From an uncultured Clostridia bacterium (GTDB lineage Bacteria; Bacillota; Clostridia; Peptostreptococcales; Anaerovoracaceae), in contig CALZOZ010000001.1 of assembly GCA_945828095.1 (NCBI GenBank), positions 4,652 through 68,651 on the forward strand: 64,000 bases of DNA, given 5' to 3'. Shown here in pieces: positions 8,819 to 17,815 of this stretch; position 1 is the first letter of the stretch; every line of letters begins with the position of its first letter. The notes below the pieces were generated by a model, which did no database searches, was not told the DNA's origin, and saw nothing but the letters and a program-made list of their open reading frames with translations. A program made the position numbers and the translations under genes.

Positions 8819-9754
8819 ATGAAAAAGCAACCAGTATTAGTTATTATGGCTGCCGGAATGGGCTCAAGATTCGGCGGTCTGAAACAGATAGAACCGGTCA
8901 GCGACAAAGGAGAACTTATCATCGACTTTTCGCTGTACGATGCGGTGATGGCAGGATTTAAAAAGGCCATATTCGTAATCAAAAAGGAGAACGAGGAAGA
9001 CTTCAGAAGGCTTCTTGATGATAAGGCAGGAAAATATATAGACATAGAGTATGTATATCAGGAGCTTGAGGACCTGCCTGAAGGATATAGCGTGCCTGAA
9101 GGAAGGCAGAAGCCGTGGGGAACGGCCCATGCAGTTATGGCGGCAAGAAAGAAAGTGGACGGACCTTTTGCTGTAGTCAATTCTGATGACTACTATGGTC
9201 CGGGGGCTTTCCAGTCCATGTATGACTTCCTGGAAAATGCAGAAGACGATGAAAAGTATAACTACTGCATGGTAGGCTACGATATAGAAAACACCTTGAC
9301 CGAAAACGGATTCGTGTCTCGCGGGGTATGTGAAATTTCAGAGAAAGGACTTCTCGCCAAAATCACCGAGAGAACCAAAATCCAGTGGCAGGGCGAAAAA
9401 ATCGTCTTTGAAGAGGATGGCGGAGATGGTGCGGAGCCTGTTCTTACGGAGCTTTCCAGAGGTACCGTGGTGTCCATGAACTTCTGGGGCTTTACAGCAT
9501 CCATGCTGGCTGAGATGGAATCGGGATTCCCTGCTTTTCTGGATAAAGCACTGGCCGAGAACCCTATGAAGGGAGAATACTTCCTGCCGGGTGTGGTGGA
9601 CAGACTGATTCATGAAAACAAGGCACAGGTTAAAGTCCTTCGCTCCCGCGACCGCTGGTACGGCGTGACCTACAAGGAAGACAAGCAGAGCGTGGTGGAT
9701 GCGCTCCAGTCTATGAAGGATAAGGGTGAATACCCGGATGTACTGTGGAAGTAG
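8819..9754 (+). CDS. sugar-phosphate nucleotidyltransferase family protein
   Basis: N-terminal VLVIMAAGMGSRFGGLKQ (GxGxR NTP-transferase loop). Start at ATG 8819 behind GGGAGG. Confidence 0.7.
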   Translation: MKKQPVLVIMAAGMGSRFGGLKQIEPVSDKGELIIDFSLYDAVMAGFKKAIFVIKKENEEDFRRLLDDKAGKYIDIEYVYQELEDLPEGYSVPEGRQKPWGTAHAVMAARKKVDGPFAVVNSDDYYGPGAFQSMYDFLENAEDDEKYNYCMVGYDIENTLTENGFVSRGVCEISEKGLLAKITERTKIQWQGEKIVFEEDGGDGAEPVLTELSRGTVVSMNFWGFTASMLAEMESGFPAFLDKALAENPMKGEYFLPGVVDRLIHENKAQVKVLRSRDRWYGVTYKEDKQSVVDALQSMKDKGEYPDVLWK

Positions 9755-9769
9755 GAGGATATAAAAATT

Positions 9770-10798
9770 ATGGATAAAAGGTACTATGTCAGCGCCATGG
9801 ACTGCTGGACAGGGCGTGTGGACAGCGCAGATGATTACGATGCTTTCAGGTGGCACCAGTGGGTTAAGCCGCTGGATTTAAACGAAGACAATAAGCCTTT
9901 TAAGGGAAAGCTGGCTTTTGGAATTGTGGGCTTTTGCAGTGAGCAGGGCGTGCAGAGAAACAAGGGCAGAGTGGGTACGGCTCTGGCACCGGACTTTATA
10001 AGAAAGCAGATGTCAAACCTGCCATGCAGCTTTTCAGAAAAGGTTGAGATATACGATGCAGGAAACATACTTTGTCAGGAGATTTCCATGGAGGAAGGAC
10101 AGCGCATGCTTGGAGAAGCTGTGGAGAAACTTCTCGACCTGAATCTTTTCCCTATAGTGCTGGGAGGCGGCCATGAGACAACCTTCGGACATTTTCAGGG
10201 ACAGTTTAACAGCATAAAAAAGAAAGGTAAAAAGCCGGACATCGGCATCGTAAATTTTGATGCTCACTTCGACCTGAGACCTTATGATAACGGCAGTTCC
10301 TCGGGTTCCATGTTCAGACAGATTTACGATATATGCATGGAGGAGGGCTGCAAATACGGATACCTGCCTTTGGGAATCCAGCAGCACAGCAACACAGTGA
10401 GCCTGTTTAAGAAAGCCAAGGAAATAGGCGTAAACTATGTGCTGGCCAGAATGTTCCAGTACGGCAGCACCGCTTCTGTTCTCGAAAAGATCGACACCTT
10501 TATGTATAGTCATAAGGATGCGTATATAACGATCTGCACCGATGTGTTCAGTTCGGCATTTGCGCCGGGAGTAAGCGCAACCCAGTCTCTGGGACTTGAT
10601 CCGGAGGTTGTGATCCCGATGATTAAGCATATTCTCAGAACCAGGAAGGTAAAGGGCTTTGATATATGTGAAATTTCACCGAGATTCGACCAGGATAACA
10701 CCACAGCCAATCTGGGAGCCGTTATAATCTTTTCTGTGGTGAATACTCTCTGCAAGCTTCACGGACTGGGGCTTACCATGGAGGGAGACATTTTCTAA
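9770..10798 (+). CDS. hutG: formimidoylglutamase (arginase/ureohydrolase family)
   Basis: GGGHETTFG, NFDAHFDLR and DVFSSAFAPG Mn-ligand motifs, plus a HutG-like N-terminus (WTGRVD...). Confidence 0.8.
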   Translation: MDKRYYVSAMDCWTGRVDSADDYDAFRWHQWVKPLDLNEDNKPFKGKLAFGIVGFCSEQGVQRNKGRVGTALAPDFIRKQMSNLPCSFSEKVEIYDAGNILCQEISMEEGQRMLGEAVEKLLDLNLFPIVLGGGHETTFGHFQGQFNSIKKKGKKPDIGIVNFDAHFDLRPYDNGSSSGSMFRQIYDICMEEGCKYGYLPLGIQQHSNTVSLFKKAKEIGVNYVLARMFQYGSTASVLEKIDTFMYSHKDAYITICTDVFSSAFAPGVSATQSLGLDPEVVIPMIKHILRTRKVKGFDICEISPRFDQDNTTANLGAVIIFSVVNTLCKLHGLGLTMEGDIF

Positions 10799-10805
10799 AA
10801 AACAC

Positions 10806-10833
10806 TTGCAATTTCCGGATTTTATAGTATAAT
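10806..10833 (+). promoter_or_regulatory. sigma-70-like promoter for rpsF-ssb-rpsR
   Basis: TTGCAA-N16-TATAAT. Confidence 0.5.
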
Positions 10834-10838
10834 AAATA

Positions 10839-10886
10839 GGCATGGTTTTGTCCATGCGAATCTCTGCGACGAGACAGGCTCGTCGC
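10839..10886 (+). promoter_or_regulatory. structured rpsF 5' leader (two hairpins); possible S6:S18 autoregulatory leader
   Basis: Hairpins GCATGG-TTTTGT-CCATGC (10839..10856) and GCGACGAG-ACAGG-CTCGTCGC (10866..10886), between the promoter and the RBS. Confidence 0.35.
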
Positions 10887-10913
10887 CATACAGTCCACAG
10901 GGAGGTGAAAAGA

Positions 10914-11201
10914 ATGACTAAATATGAAGTTATGTTCATTATCAATCCTACTTTAGAAGACGAAAAGAAAGATGCGACAGTAGAGACAGTTCAGTCCATT
11001 ATTGCTGCAGATGGTGAAGTTGAAAAAGTAGACGTTTGGGGAATGAGAAAGCTTGCATATCCTATCGACAAGAAGGAAGAAGGATACTATGTTGTAGTTG
11101 AATTCGCAGGAAGCCCATCATTACCTAAGGAACTTGACAGAAGACTGAGAATCTCAGACAACGTTATGAGACACATCATCATCAACAAGGACGAAAAATA
11201 G
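10914..11201 (+). CDS. rpsF: 30S ribosomal protein S6
   Basis: MTKYEVMFIINP...VWGMRKLAYPI. Start at ATG 10914 behind GGAGG. Confidence 0.95.
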   Translation: MTKYEVMFIINPTLEDEKKDATVETVQSIIAADGEVEKVDVWGMRKLAYPIDKKEEGYYVVVEFAGSPSLPKELDRRLRISDNVMRHIIINKDEK

Positions 11202-11211
11202 GAGGGTGTAA

Positions 11212-11655
11212 ATGAACAGTGTTGTACTAATCGGAAGATTGACCAGAGACCCGGAGGTCAGATACACAGCAGGAACACAGATGGCGGTATGCACTTTCAC
11301 AGTTGCAATCGACAGACCTGTAAGATCCGGCGGCGAAAAGCAGACCGACTTTCCGAGAGTAACGGTTTTCGGCAAGCAGGCTGAGAACTGCGAAAGATTC
11401 CTTGCCAAGGGCAGACTGGTCGGAGTCCAGGGAAGACTGCAGACAGGCAGTTATACAAACAAAGACGGTGCAACCGTTTACACCACAGATGTCGTAGCTG
11501 ACAGAGTAGAATTTTTAGAATGGGGAGACAGACCTCAGGGCGGACAGAGCCAGTCATATTCACGTGGCGAAGCTCAGCAGTCACAGCCGCAGTCAACGGG
11601 CTTTGATGAAGCACCTGCAGGATTTTCTGCTATTGACGAAGATATCCCGTTCTAA
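11212..11655 (+). CDS. ssb: single-stranded DNA-binding protein
   Basis: MNSVVLIGRLTRDPEVRYT OB-fold; Gly/Gln-rich linker; acidic tip DEDIPF. Confidence 0.95.
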   Translation: MNSVVLIGRLTRDPEVRYTAGTQMAVCTFTVAIDRPVRSGGEKQTDFPRVTVFGKQAENCERFLAKGRLVGVQGRLQTGSYTNKDGATVYTTDVVADRVEFLEWGDRPQGGQSQSYSRGEAQQSQPQSTGFDEAPAGFSAIDEDIPF

Positions 11656-11673
11656 GAGAAAGGAGATAAAGAC

Positions 11674-11910
11674 ATGATGGAAAAGAGACGCGGCGGCGGA
11701 ATGAGAAGAAAGAAAGTTTGTCAGTTCTGCGCCGATAAGACAGAAAGAATCGATTACAAGGACGTAGAAAAGTTAAGAAGATACGTTACTGAAAGAGGCA
11801 AGATTTTACCTAAGAGAATCACTGGTACTTGCGCTATGCACCAGAGAGAAGTAACTACTGCTATCAAGAGAGCAAGAATCGTAGCATTACTTCCTTATGT
11901 TGCTGAGTAA
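11674..11910 (+). CDS. rpsR: 30S ribosomal protein S18
   Basis: [10 protein letters not shown]...[26 protein letters not shown]. Confidence 0.95.
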   Translation: MMEKRRGGGMRRKKVCQFCADKTERIDYKDVEKLRRYVTERGKILPKRITGTCAMHQREVTTAIKRARIVALLPYVAE

Positions 11911-11936
11911 TCGACAATATAACAAAGAACTTGAGA

Positions 11937-11968
11937 ACAGACCTTCAAATGCGAGGGTCTGTTTTTTT
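11937..11968 (+). terminator. rho-independent terminator after rpsR
   Basis: ACAGACC-loop-GGTCTG followed by T7. Confidence 0.75.
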
Positions 11969-11971
11969 ATT

Positions 11972-12039
11972 GCATTTCAGGCCGAAAAAAAGGCATTTCA
12001 GGCGAAATTCGACATTTTTTGACAAAAAGTAGATATACT
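11972..12039 (+). promoter_or_regulatory. LytTR-type direct-repeat box plus -10 hexamer
   Basis: GCATTTCAG (11972..11980)-N12-GCATTTCAG (11993..12001), then GCGAAATTCGACA, then TATACT (12034..12039) 32 nt after repeat 2. Matches the ComE-type aCAnTTcaG-N12 architecture. Confidence 0.6.
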
Positions 12040-12089
12040 TTGTGTATACCATAATATAAACAAAGTAAGAGAAAGGACTGAAAAATAAA

Positions 12090-12947
12090 ATGACTGTGAG
12101 GCAGTGGAAAAGAGTCATAACAGGATTTGTAGTTTTACTTATAATAACACTGGGAGCCACGGCCGCGTATGCAGAAGTCAGGTATCAGAGACTAGCAACA
12201 GAATTTGAAGGAGAAGCGGTGGAAGAGTCCGCAGATAGTGAACAGAACCTAAGCATTGATTATCAGAAAAAATATGATAATTTATATGTTCAAAATGACT
12301 TTGAATACAAGGAAGCCCAGGACAGTATCTGCTATTTGACCTTTGATGACGGACCAAGTACGGAGAATACAGAAAAAATTCTCGACATATTGAAAAAATA
12401 CAATATTAAAGCAACCTTCTTTGTTATTTACAAAGACACAGAGAAAGAAAAGGCCATGTATAAACGTATTGTGGAAGAGGGGCACACCATAGGTGTACAT
12501 ACAGCCTCCCACGATTACGAAAAAATCTATTCTTCCGTGGATGCATATCTGAAGGATTTTAATAAAATTGCCAGCCATATTGAAGAAATAACCGGCGAAA
12601 AACCGGAAATATTCAGATTTCCGGGAGGCTCTGTAAACTCATATAACGGAGCTGTATATATGCAGATTGTATCAGAAATGATGAGGCGTGGGTATACATA
12701 CTACGACTGGAATGTGGGATCAGGAGATGCGAGCTATGGAACAGCCTCGAAGAACTGGATTGTAGGAAATGTGGTAAACGGGGTAGCAAAGGAAGGCAGT
12801 AATATAATTCTCATGCACGATACAAACGCAAAAGATACAACAGTACAGGCATTGCCGGAGATTATAGAAAGGCTTTCGGCTCAAGGCTATAGATTTGATA
12901 AGCTGACAAAGGAAGTTAAACCGGTAACATTCAGCTATCTCAGCTAA
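12090..12947 (+). CDS. polysaccharide deacetylase (NodB/CE4) family protein, membrane-anchored
   Basis: TFDDGPS and HTASH motifs; N-terminal TM segment. Confidence 0.85.
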   Translation: MTVRQWKRVITGFVVLLIITLGATAAYAEVRYQRLATEFEGEAVEESADSEQNLSIDYQKKYDNLYVQNDFEYKEAQDSICYLTFDDGPSTENTEKILDILKKYNIKATFFVIYKDTEKEKAMYKRIVEEGHTIGVHTASHDYEKIYSSVDAYLKDFNKIASHIEEITGEKPEIFRFPGGSVNSYNGAVYMQIVSEMMRRGYTYYDWNVGSGDASYGTASKNWIVGNVVNGVAKEGSNIILMHDTNAKDTTVQALPEIIERLSAQGYRFDKLTKEVKPVTFSYLS

Positions 12948-12974
12948 AGGATAAATATAAGGAAAGGAAAAACA

Positions 12975-13544
12975 ATGAACAGCAAAGAAAATTTTGTACA
13001 GGCAATCAGGGAGCTTACGGGCTTTAATGATGGAACGTTTAATGAGGAAAAAACAATTTCTCAGGATGCGGAAGCAGCCGGATACGGCGAAGGTCAGGAG
13101 CGCAGCATATATCCGGTCCGCTTTTCTACAGAGAATAAAACCCATATTTCCGCAGGCATGGCAGTAAAAGGAATGATTCAGTCAAAAAGCAATGTTCTGG
13201 TAGAGGGCAGCGTGCAGGGTGACATTCATTCAGAAAACGTTCTTTTGAGGGGTGCCGAAGTAAAGGGCAATCTGCATATTTCTTCAAAGGCAGATATATG
13301 TGAAAACACGAAAATTGTTGGAAACATCTTTGCAGAAAACATAGTTGTTTCCGGACATATCAAAGGAAACCTGCAGATAGGAGATACAACCGCGCTTAAA
13401 CCCGGCGGATACGTTGAAGGCGATATTAAAACAGGAAGTATAATATCGGAATACGGCTCAGGAATAAGAGGTGCCGTTTCCACAGAGCACAGCTGTATTT
13501 GTGATGATGTAAAGTTTGATTTAGGAGGTGCCATCAATGAGTAG
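12975..13544 (+). CDS. bactofilin family protein
   Basis: Beta-helical repeats: V(E/K)G.V.GDI... (VEGSVQGDIHS, VKGNLHIS, VSGHIKGNLQI, VEGDIKTG). Confidence 0.8.
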   Translation: MNSKENFVQAIRELTGFNDGTFNEEKTISQDAEAAGYGEGQERSIYPVRFSTENKTHISAGMAVKGMIQSKSNVLVEGSVQGDIHSENVLLRGAEVKGNLHISSKADICENTKIVGNIFAENIVVSGHIKGNLQIGDTTALKPGGYVEGDIKTGSIISEYGSGIRGAVSTEHSCICDDVKFDLGGAINE

Positions 13545-14118
13545 AAAGAAAAGAAAACTAAATTCGAAAGAACAGGAAACAAGAGCCGCAAATCAAAATA
13601 TAGAGCTAATACAGGAAGATGAAATAGTTGAAGAACAAGAGACAATGGAACAGCAGGAAGGGCAGGAGCTGATAGGAGAACAGGAACCTGTCCAGGATGC
13701 GCCTGCTCAGCAGCTGGGAATTATATCGACAGATACCATGGTTACAGGCGATATTTTTACAGACGGACATCTTCTGATTGATGGTATTGTTGAGGGAGAT
13801 GTTTTTGCAAAGGGAGATATTAAGGTTACAGGAAAAATAAAGGGCAGAGTATGCTGCCTTAATATAGAATCCTTCGGTCAGATTCAAGCTGATGAAATAG
13901 AAGTAAAAGACACAGTAATCCTCGGAGAAGGTATGACCATAAAGGGTGATGTTATCTGCAGGGATGCTGTTATAAGCGGGAGAGTAGACGGAAACCTGTG
14001 TGTTTCAGGCAATCTGTCGCTGTCCAAATCTGCTGTCATCACCGGAGATATAAAGACCTCATCAATGAGTGCAGAGATGGGTGCAAAGATTAACGGAAAC
14101 ATTTTGATGGACAAATAG
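13537..14118 (+). CDS. bactofilin family protein with E/Q-rich N-terminal tail
   Basis: IDGIVEGDVFAKGDIKVTGKIKG...ISGRVDGNLCVSG...ITGDIKT repeats. ATG 13537 lies 7 nt after AGGAGG. Confidence 0.8.
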   Translation: MSRKKRKLNSKEQETRAANQNIELIQEDEIVEEQETMEQQEGQELIGEQEPVQDAPAQQLGIISTDTMVTGDIFTDGHLLIDGIVEGDVFAKGDIKVTGKIKGRVCCLNIESFGQIQADEIEVKDTVILGEGMTIKGDVICRDAVISGRVDGNLCVSGNLSLSKSAVITGDIKTSSMSAEMGAKINGNILMDK

Positions 14119-14122
14119 CCAA

Positions 14123-15403
14123 TCAGTTTTGTCTGAGGACAACACGCATTGTAAAAACGCCGTCTGCTGCATCGAAAGAATACATTCCGCCGTGACGGGC
14201 TGCAATGTTGCTTATGCTTTTTACACCCAGCCCATGGAGAGGCCGTGTTGACAGTGGAAGACCGTCTTTTATTATGACTTCATCCACATAGGAGTTTCTT
14301 ATTGAAATCAGGAGATTATCTTTTCGGGTATTGAAATCAATCTCAATCCATCTGTTGTCACTGCTGCATCTGGATGCGGCATGAATGGCGTTTTCTATTC
14401 CGTTTGACAAAAGGGTGCAAATCTCAGTTTCAGGAATAGTAAGAATCTCAGGGATGTTCACCTTGGCAGCAAACCTTATACCTGATCTTTCGGCCATCGT
14501 TCCATAATAAGATAGGATAAGATTGGTGGATTTATTTTTGCAGTACTGCTTAGGTGTGAGACGGTCAATGTCCCCCTGAGCAGAGCTGATATACTGCAGT
14601 GCTTTTTCTGTATCGCCATTTTTGACATATTCTCCAAGAATCATAAAATGATGACGCATATCATGGCGGTATGTAGCTGTCTCTTCCAGAGATTTCTTAA
14701 GAATGGCAAGTTCGGAATCAGACTGTTTCAATTCCATGGAAAGAACGGAATTCTCAAGCTCTGTCGAATACCTCTTTTTTAGTTCTCTGTGGTACATAGA
14801 TATGAACACAATGTAAAACAGGATTGAAATTGTGGGAAGGGACTCATTGACTACAATGATATCTGCATAGAGAATATTCGAATACACCGTTGAAGCATAA
14901 TCAAAAATATAGTAGAAAGCCGGCAGGCTGCCGAGAAAGAAAAGGGTCTGCCTGGAGTAGTTCATGGCCTCGTATGCAGGTTTTACCAGGAATATATGAA
15001 GAATTGCATAGGAAATAAATACCGCAATCGTATAACATATCTCAGAAAGCAGTGCAGAGTTTGAAATATACAGAACTAAGATGCTCGTCCATTTTGGAAT
15101 CTGGCAGCACAGGTATGCTGTAAACACGGACACAATGGAAATCCATACAGGCCTTTTCATAAAAAGGAACAATGCGCATATAAGGGGAATATGTGTAATC
15201 AGAGGATAGAGCTTCTCTGTTGCCTGAGTTCCGAATATGAAGCTGACAACTATCTGCGCAATGAGAAGAACTGCGATAATGACTGCAGTAAGATGTTTAT
15301 CTTTTTTTGAAGTCCATCCTCCCGAGATGTCGATGGACAAAAGAACTCCATAAATTAAAATCAGACCATAATTTAATAAGGCCATAATTGCAGCGAAATT
15401 CAT
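14123..15403 (-). CDS. HPK10-type (AgrC/ComD-like) GHKL sensor histidine kinase
   Basis: About 6 N-terminal TM helices; H-box ATYRHDMRHH; N-box LLSNGIENAIHA; G-box HGLGVKSI. Confidence 0.85.
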   Translation of the reverse strand: MNFAAIMALLNYGLILIYGVLLSIDISGGWTSKKDKHLTAVIIAVLLIAQIVVSFIFGTQATEKLYPLITHIPLICALFLFMKRPVWISIVSVFTAYLCCQIPKWTSILVLYISNSALLSEICYTIAVFISYAILHIFLVKPAYEAMNYSRQTLFFLGSLPAFYYIFDYASTVYSNILYADIIVVNESLPTISILFYIVFISMYHRELKKRYSTELENSVLSMELKQSDSELAILKKSLEETATYRHDMRHHFMILGEYVKNGDTEKALQYISSAQGDIDRLTPKQYCKNKSTNLILSYYGTMAERSGIRFAAKVNIPEILTIPETEICTLLSNGIENAIHAASRCSSDNRWIEIDFNTRKDNLLISIRNSYVDEVIIKDGLPLSTRPLHGLGVKSISNIAARHGGMYSFDAADGVFTMRVVLRQN

Positions 15404-15404
15404 T

Positions 15405-16124
15405 TTATACCTCTTTAGTAAACAGATAGTTCATATACTGCTCCTTTATATCCTTGGCCAGAAGTCTGGAAACCGGGAAATGTCTGCCACTGTATGTTGT
15501 GATTTCTCCGCTTTCAAAAGAACGGATGTAGTCCATGTTGAGTATATATGAACGGTGGATTTTTATAAATTCTTTTCTCTCTAAAAATTTATTTTCATAA
15601 TCGGAAAGGGCTCCCCTTGTTTCTTTTTCACTTCCGTCATTTAAGTAAAAAACAAGATGTTTGTTATATACCTCGAGACATTCGACCCTTTCAAAGGGAA
15701 GATTTAAGATCCCCATAGGCGTATATATTACAAAGGATTCCTGTTTGGCTGTAATCTCATGAACAATCCTGTCTAATACAGGAAACAATGTTTCTTCCCG
15801 CACAGGTTTCAGCAGGTAATAAAAGGCACCTACGGAGTAGCTTTCAATCGCAAATTCCTTTGAGGAGGTCAGGAAGACTATTTTTATTTCTTCGTTGTAT
15901 TTCCTTATTTCTCGAGCAGCATGCATTCCCGTGAACCCCGGCATAATAATATCCAGAAGCAGAATGTCATAGTATGTTTTTTTAAGACCGTCCAGTAAGT
16001 CCTCAGCACAGATATAGGTATCAACTGCAACAGGAATATTTTTAACTTTTTCGTATTCAAGCAGAATCTCTTCAACCTTCTCAAGCAGTTCCCTGCTGTC
16101 GTCACATACTGCAATCTTAAGCAT
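15405..16124 (-). CDS. LytTR-family response regulator
   Basis: Receiver domain (MLKIAVCDD...LLLDIIMPG) plus C-terminal LytTR domain (FIKIHRSYILNMDYI). Confidence 0.9.
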   Translation of the reverse strand: MLKIAVCDDSRELLEKVEEILLEYEKVKNIPVAVDTYICAEDLLDGLKKTYYDILLLDIIMPGFTGMHAAREIRKYNEEIKIVFLTSSKEFAIESYSVGAFYYLLKPVREETLFPVLDRIVHEITAKQESFVIYTPMGILNLPFERVECLEVYNKHLVFYLNDGSEKETRGALSDYENKFLERKEFIKIHRSYILNMDYIRSFESGEITTYSGRHFPVSRLLAKDIKEQYMNYLFTKEV

Positions 16125-16179
16125 ATGTTGCCCTCCTTATACAATTTTAGCATAGCACAGGCGATTAGTAAAGTAGGCA

Positions 16180-16247
16180 ACATTTCAGACCGCCAAAATG
16201 ACATTTCGGGCGAAATTCGACAGTTTTCGCCTTAAAAAGACTATAAT
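16180..16247 (+). promoter_or_regulatory. LytTR-type direct-repeat box plus -10 hexamer
   Basis: ACATTTCAG (16180..16188)-N12-ACATTTCGG (16201..16209), the same GCGAAATTCGACA block, and TATAAT (16242..16247), again 32 nt after repeat 2. Confidence 0.6.
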
Positions 16248-16315
16248 TTCGATGTATAGTTATACGAAAATTTTGAAAAAGAAAAAAGAGATGCGAGAAG
16301 GAAGGAGTGAGCGCC

Positions 16316-17815
16316 ATGAAAAAAAGACTATTCACTATGCTCCTGGCATTGGCTATAGTTTTCACCATGAGCTTTGCAAGTGTGCCGGCTTTTGCGGCAT
16401 CGGCAGAAGGAATCGCTATTTCCACGCCGGAAGACCTTAAGGCTATGGAAAACAACCCGTCAGGCAGCTATTATCTGGCAAACGACATCGAGGTGCCTGC
16501 CAATCTGACGCTGTTTACAAGCTATAATAATCCGTTTACCGGCACATTGGACGGCAACGGACACGCCATCAAGGGATATACCTACATTTCCAATGGGGAG
16601 TGGAACGATAATATCGCACTCTTTGCCTATGCGAAAAATGCGACCTTCAAAAACCTGAAGATGACGAATGTCAATATCAGCCTAAACCAGGCAGGTACTG
16701 TGGCTGCACTGGTTGCTGCTTCCGAAAACTGTAAATTCACCGACATCAGCGTTTACGGCAAAATCACCGGTAAGTGGCTGCGTCAGGCTGCAGGCGTCGT
16801 TGCTTACAGCTATGAAGGCGGCACACTGACAGGTTGCAAGAACACTGCAGATATTACGGTTACGGACGCCACTGAGGGAAGCAGCGCAGCAGGTGTTGCC
16901 GGGTTCATAGGTACTGAGGGCTCCATGAAAAACTGCTCCAACACCGGAAATATCAGTATCAGCGGTAACATCGAAGAAGACGGTTTCAGCGCAGCAGGTG
17001 TTGCCAATTTCATAGGAAAGACCACTTCCTGCAAGAACTCCGGTGCCATCACCGTATCGGCAACAGGAAACGGACAGATGATTGAAGCCTGCACGGCTGC
17101 AGGTGTTGCAGGCGAAGTTGAAACTGCGGTTTCCTGCAGCAATACCGGCAAGGTCAGCATGAACGCCACCATTTCGGCCGTAGAACCGCATAAGGTAGGT
17201 GGCGTATTTGGGTATGTATCAAAGTCGGCAAGCAAATGTTACAACAAAGGTGCAGTCAGCTATAGCGGCAGCTCCTATCGGGGTGTTTATGCGGGCGGCC
17301 TGGCTGCAAGAGCTATTAAGGTCAGCCAGTCCTATAACAAGGGGGCTGTAACCGTCAAGATGCTGAGTACCAAGAGAGCGGATGAAAACAAGGCCGGCGG
17401 ACTCTGCGGCATGGTTACGGACATGCGCTACTGCTATAACACAGGCAGCATCACTGTAACCGGTGTAGCTTTTGTCGGCGGTATCGCAGGCTATGCAGAT
17501 CCTTGGGATAACAAGGTCGTATCCAACTACAATACCGGCAAGATCAAAGCCTCTACAAAGGGAACATTCAAAGGCCAGGTCATCGGCGGTTATGAAGGAG
17601 CAGAAGTCGTACGGACGCGCAATATCTACGATAACTACTATACCGGTTCGGGCAAGGCGTACGGTGCTGCGTCGGTTACATGGAAGGACTGGGTTGCCAA
17701 GGCCACCAAGGTTTCCTCCATCAGTGAATCAAAGTGCCCTAAACTAAGCTCTAAATACTGGACATATTCCAGCAAATATAAGAGGATGATCCTGAAGAAC
17801 AATAAGGAAAAATAA
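16316..17815 (+). CDS. secreted GLUG-repeat protein
   Basis: Signal peptide ...SVPAFAASAEG. About 8 GLUG-like repeats (AAGVAGF...CSNTGNI, AGGLCGM...CYNTGSI, VGGIAGY...NYNTGKI). Confidence 0.7.
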   Translation: MKKRLFTMLLALAIVFTMSFASVPAFAASAEGIAISTPEDLKAMENNPSGSYYLANDIEVPANLTLFTSYNNPFTGTLDGNGHAIKGYTYISNGEWNDNIALFAYAKNATFKNLKMTNVNISLNQAGTVAALVAASENCKFTDISVYGKITGKWLRQAAGVVAYSYEGGTLTGCKNTADITVTDATEGSSAAGVAGFIGTEGSMKNCSNTGNISISGNIEEDGFSAAGVANFIGKTTSCKNSGAITVSATGNGQMIEACTAAGVAGEVETAVSCSNTGKVSMNATISAVEPHKVGGVFGYVSKSASKCYNKGAVSYSGSSYRGVYAGGLAARAIKVSQSYNKGAVTVKMLSTKRADENKAGGLCGMVTDMRYCYNTGSITVTGVAFVGGIAGYADPWDNKVVSNYNTGKIKASTKGTFKGQVIGGYEGAEVVRTRNIYDNYYTGSGKAYGAASVTWKDWVAKATKVSSISESKCPKLSSKYWTYSSKYKRMILKNNKEK

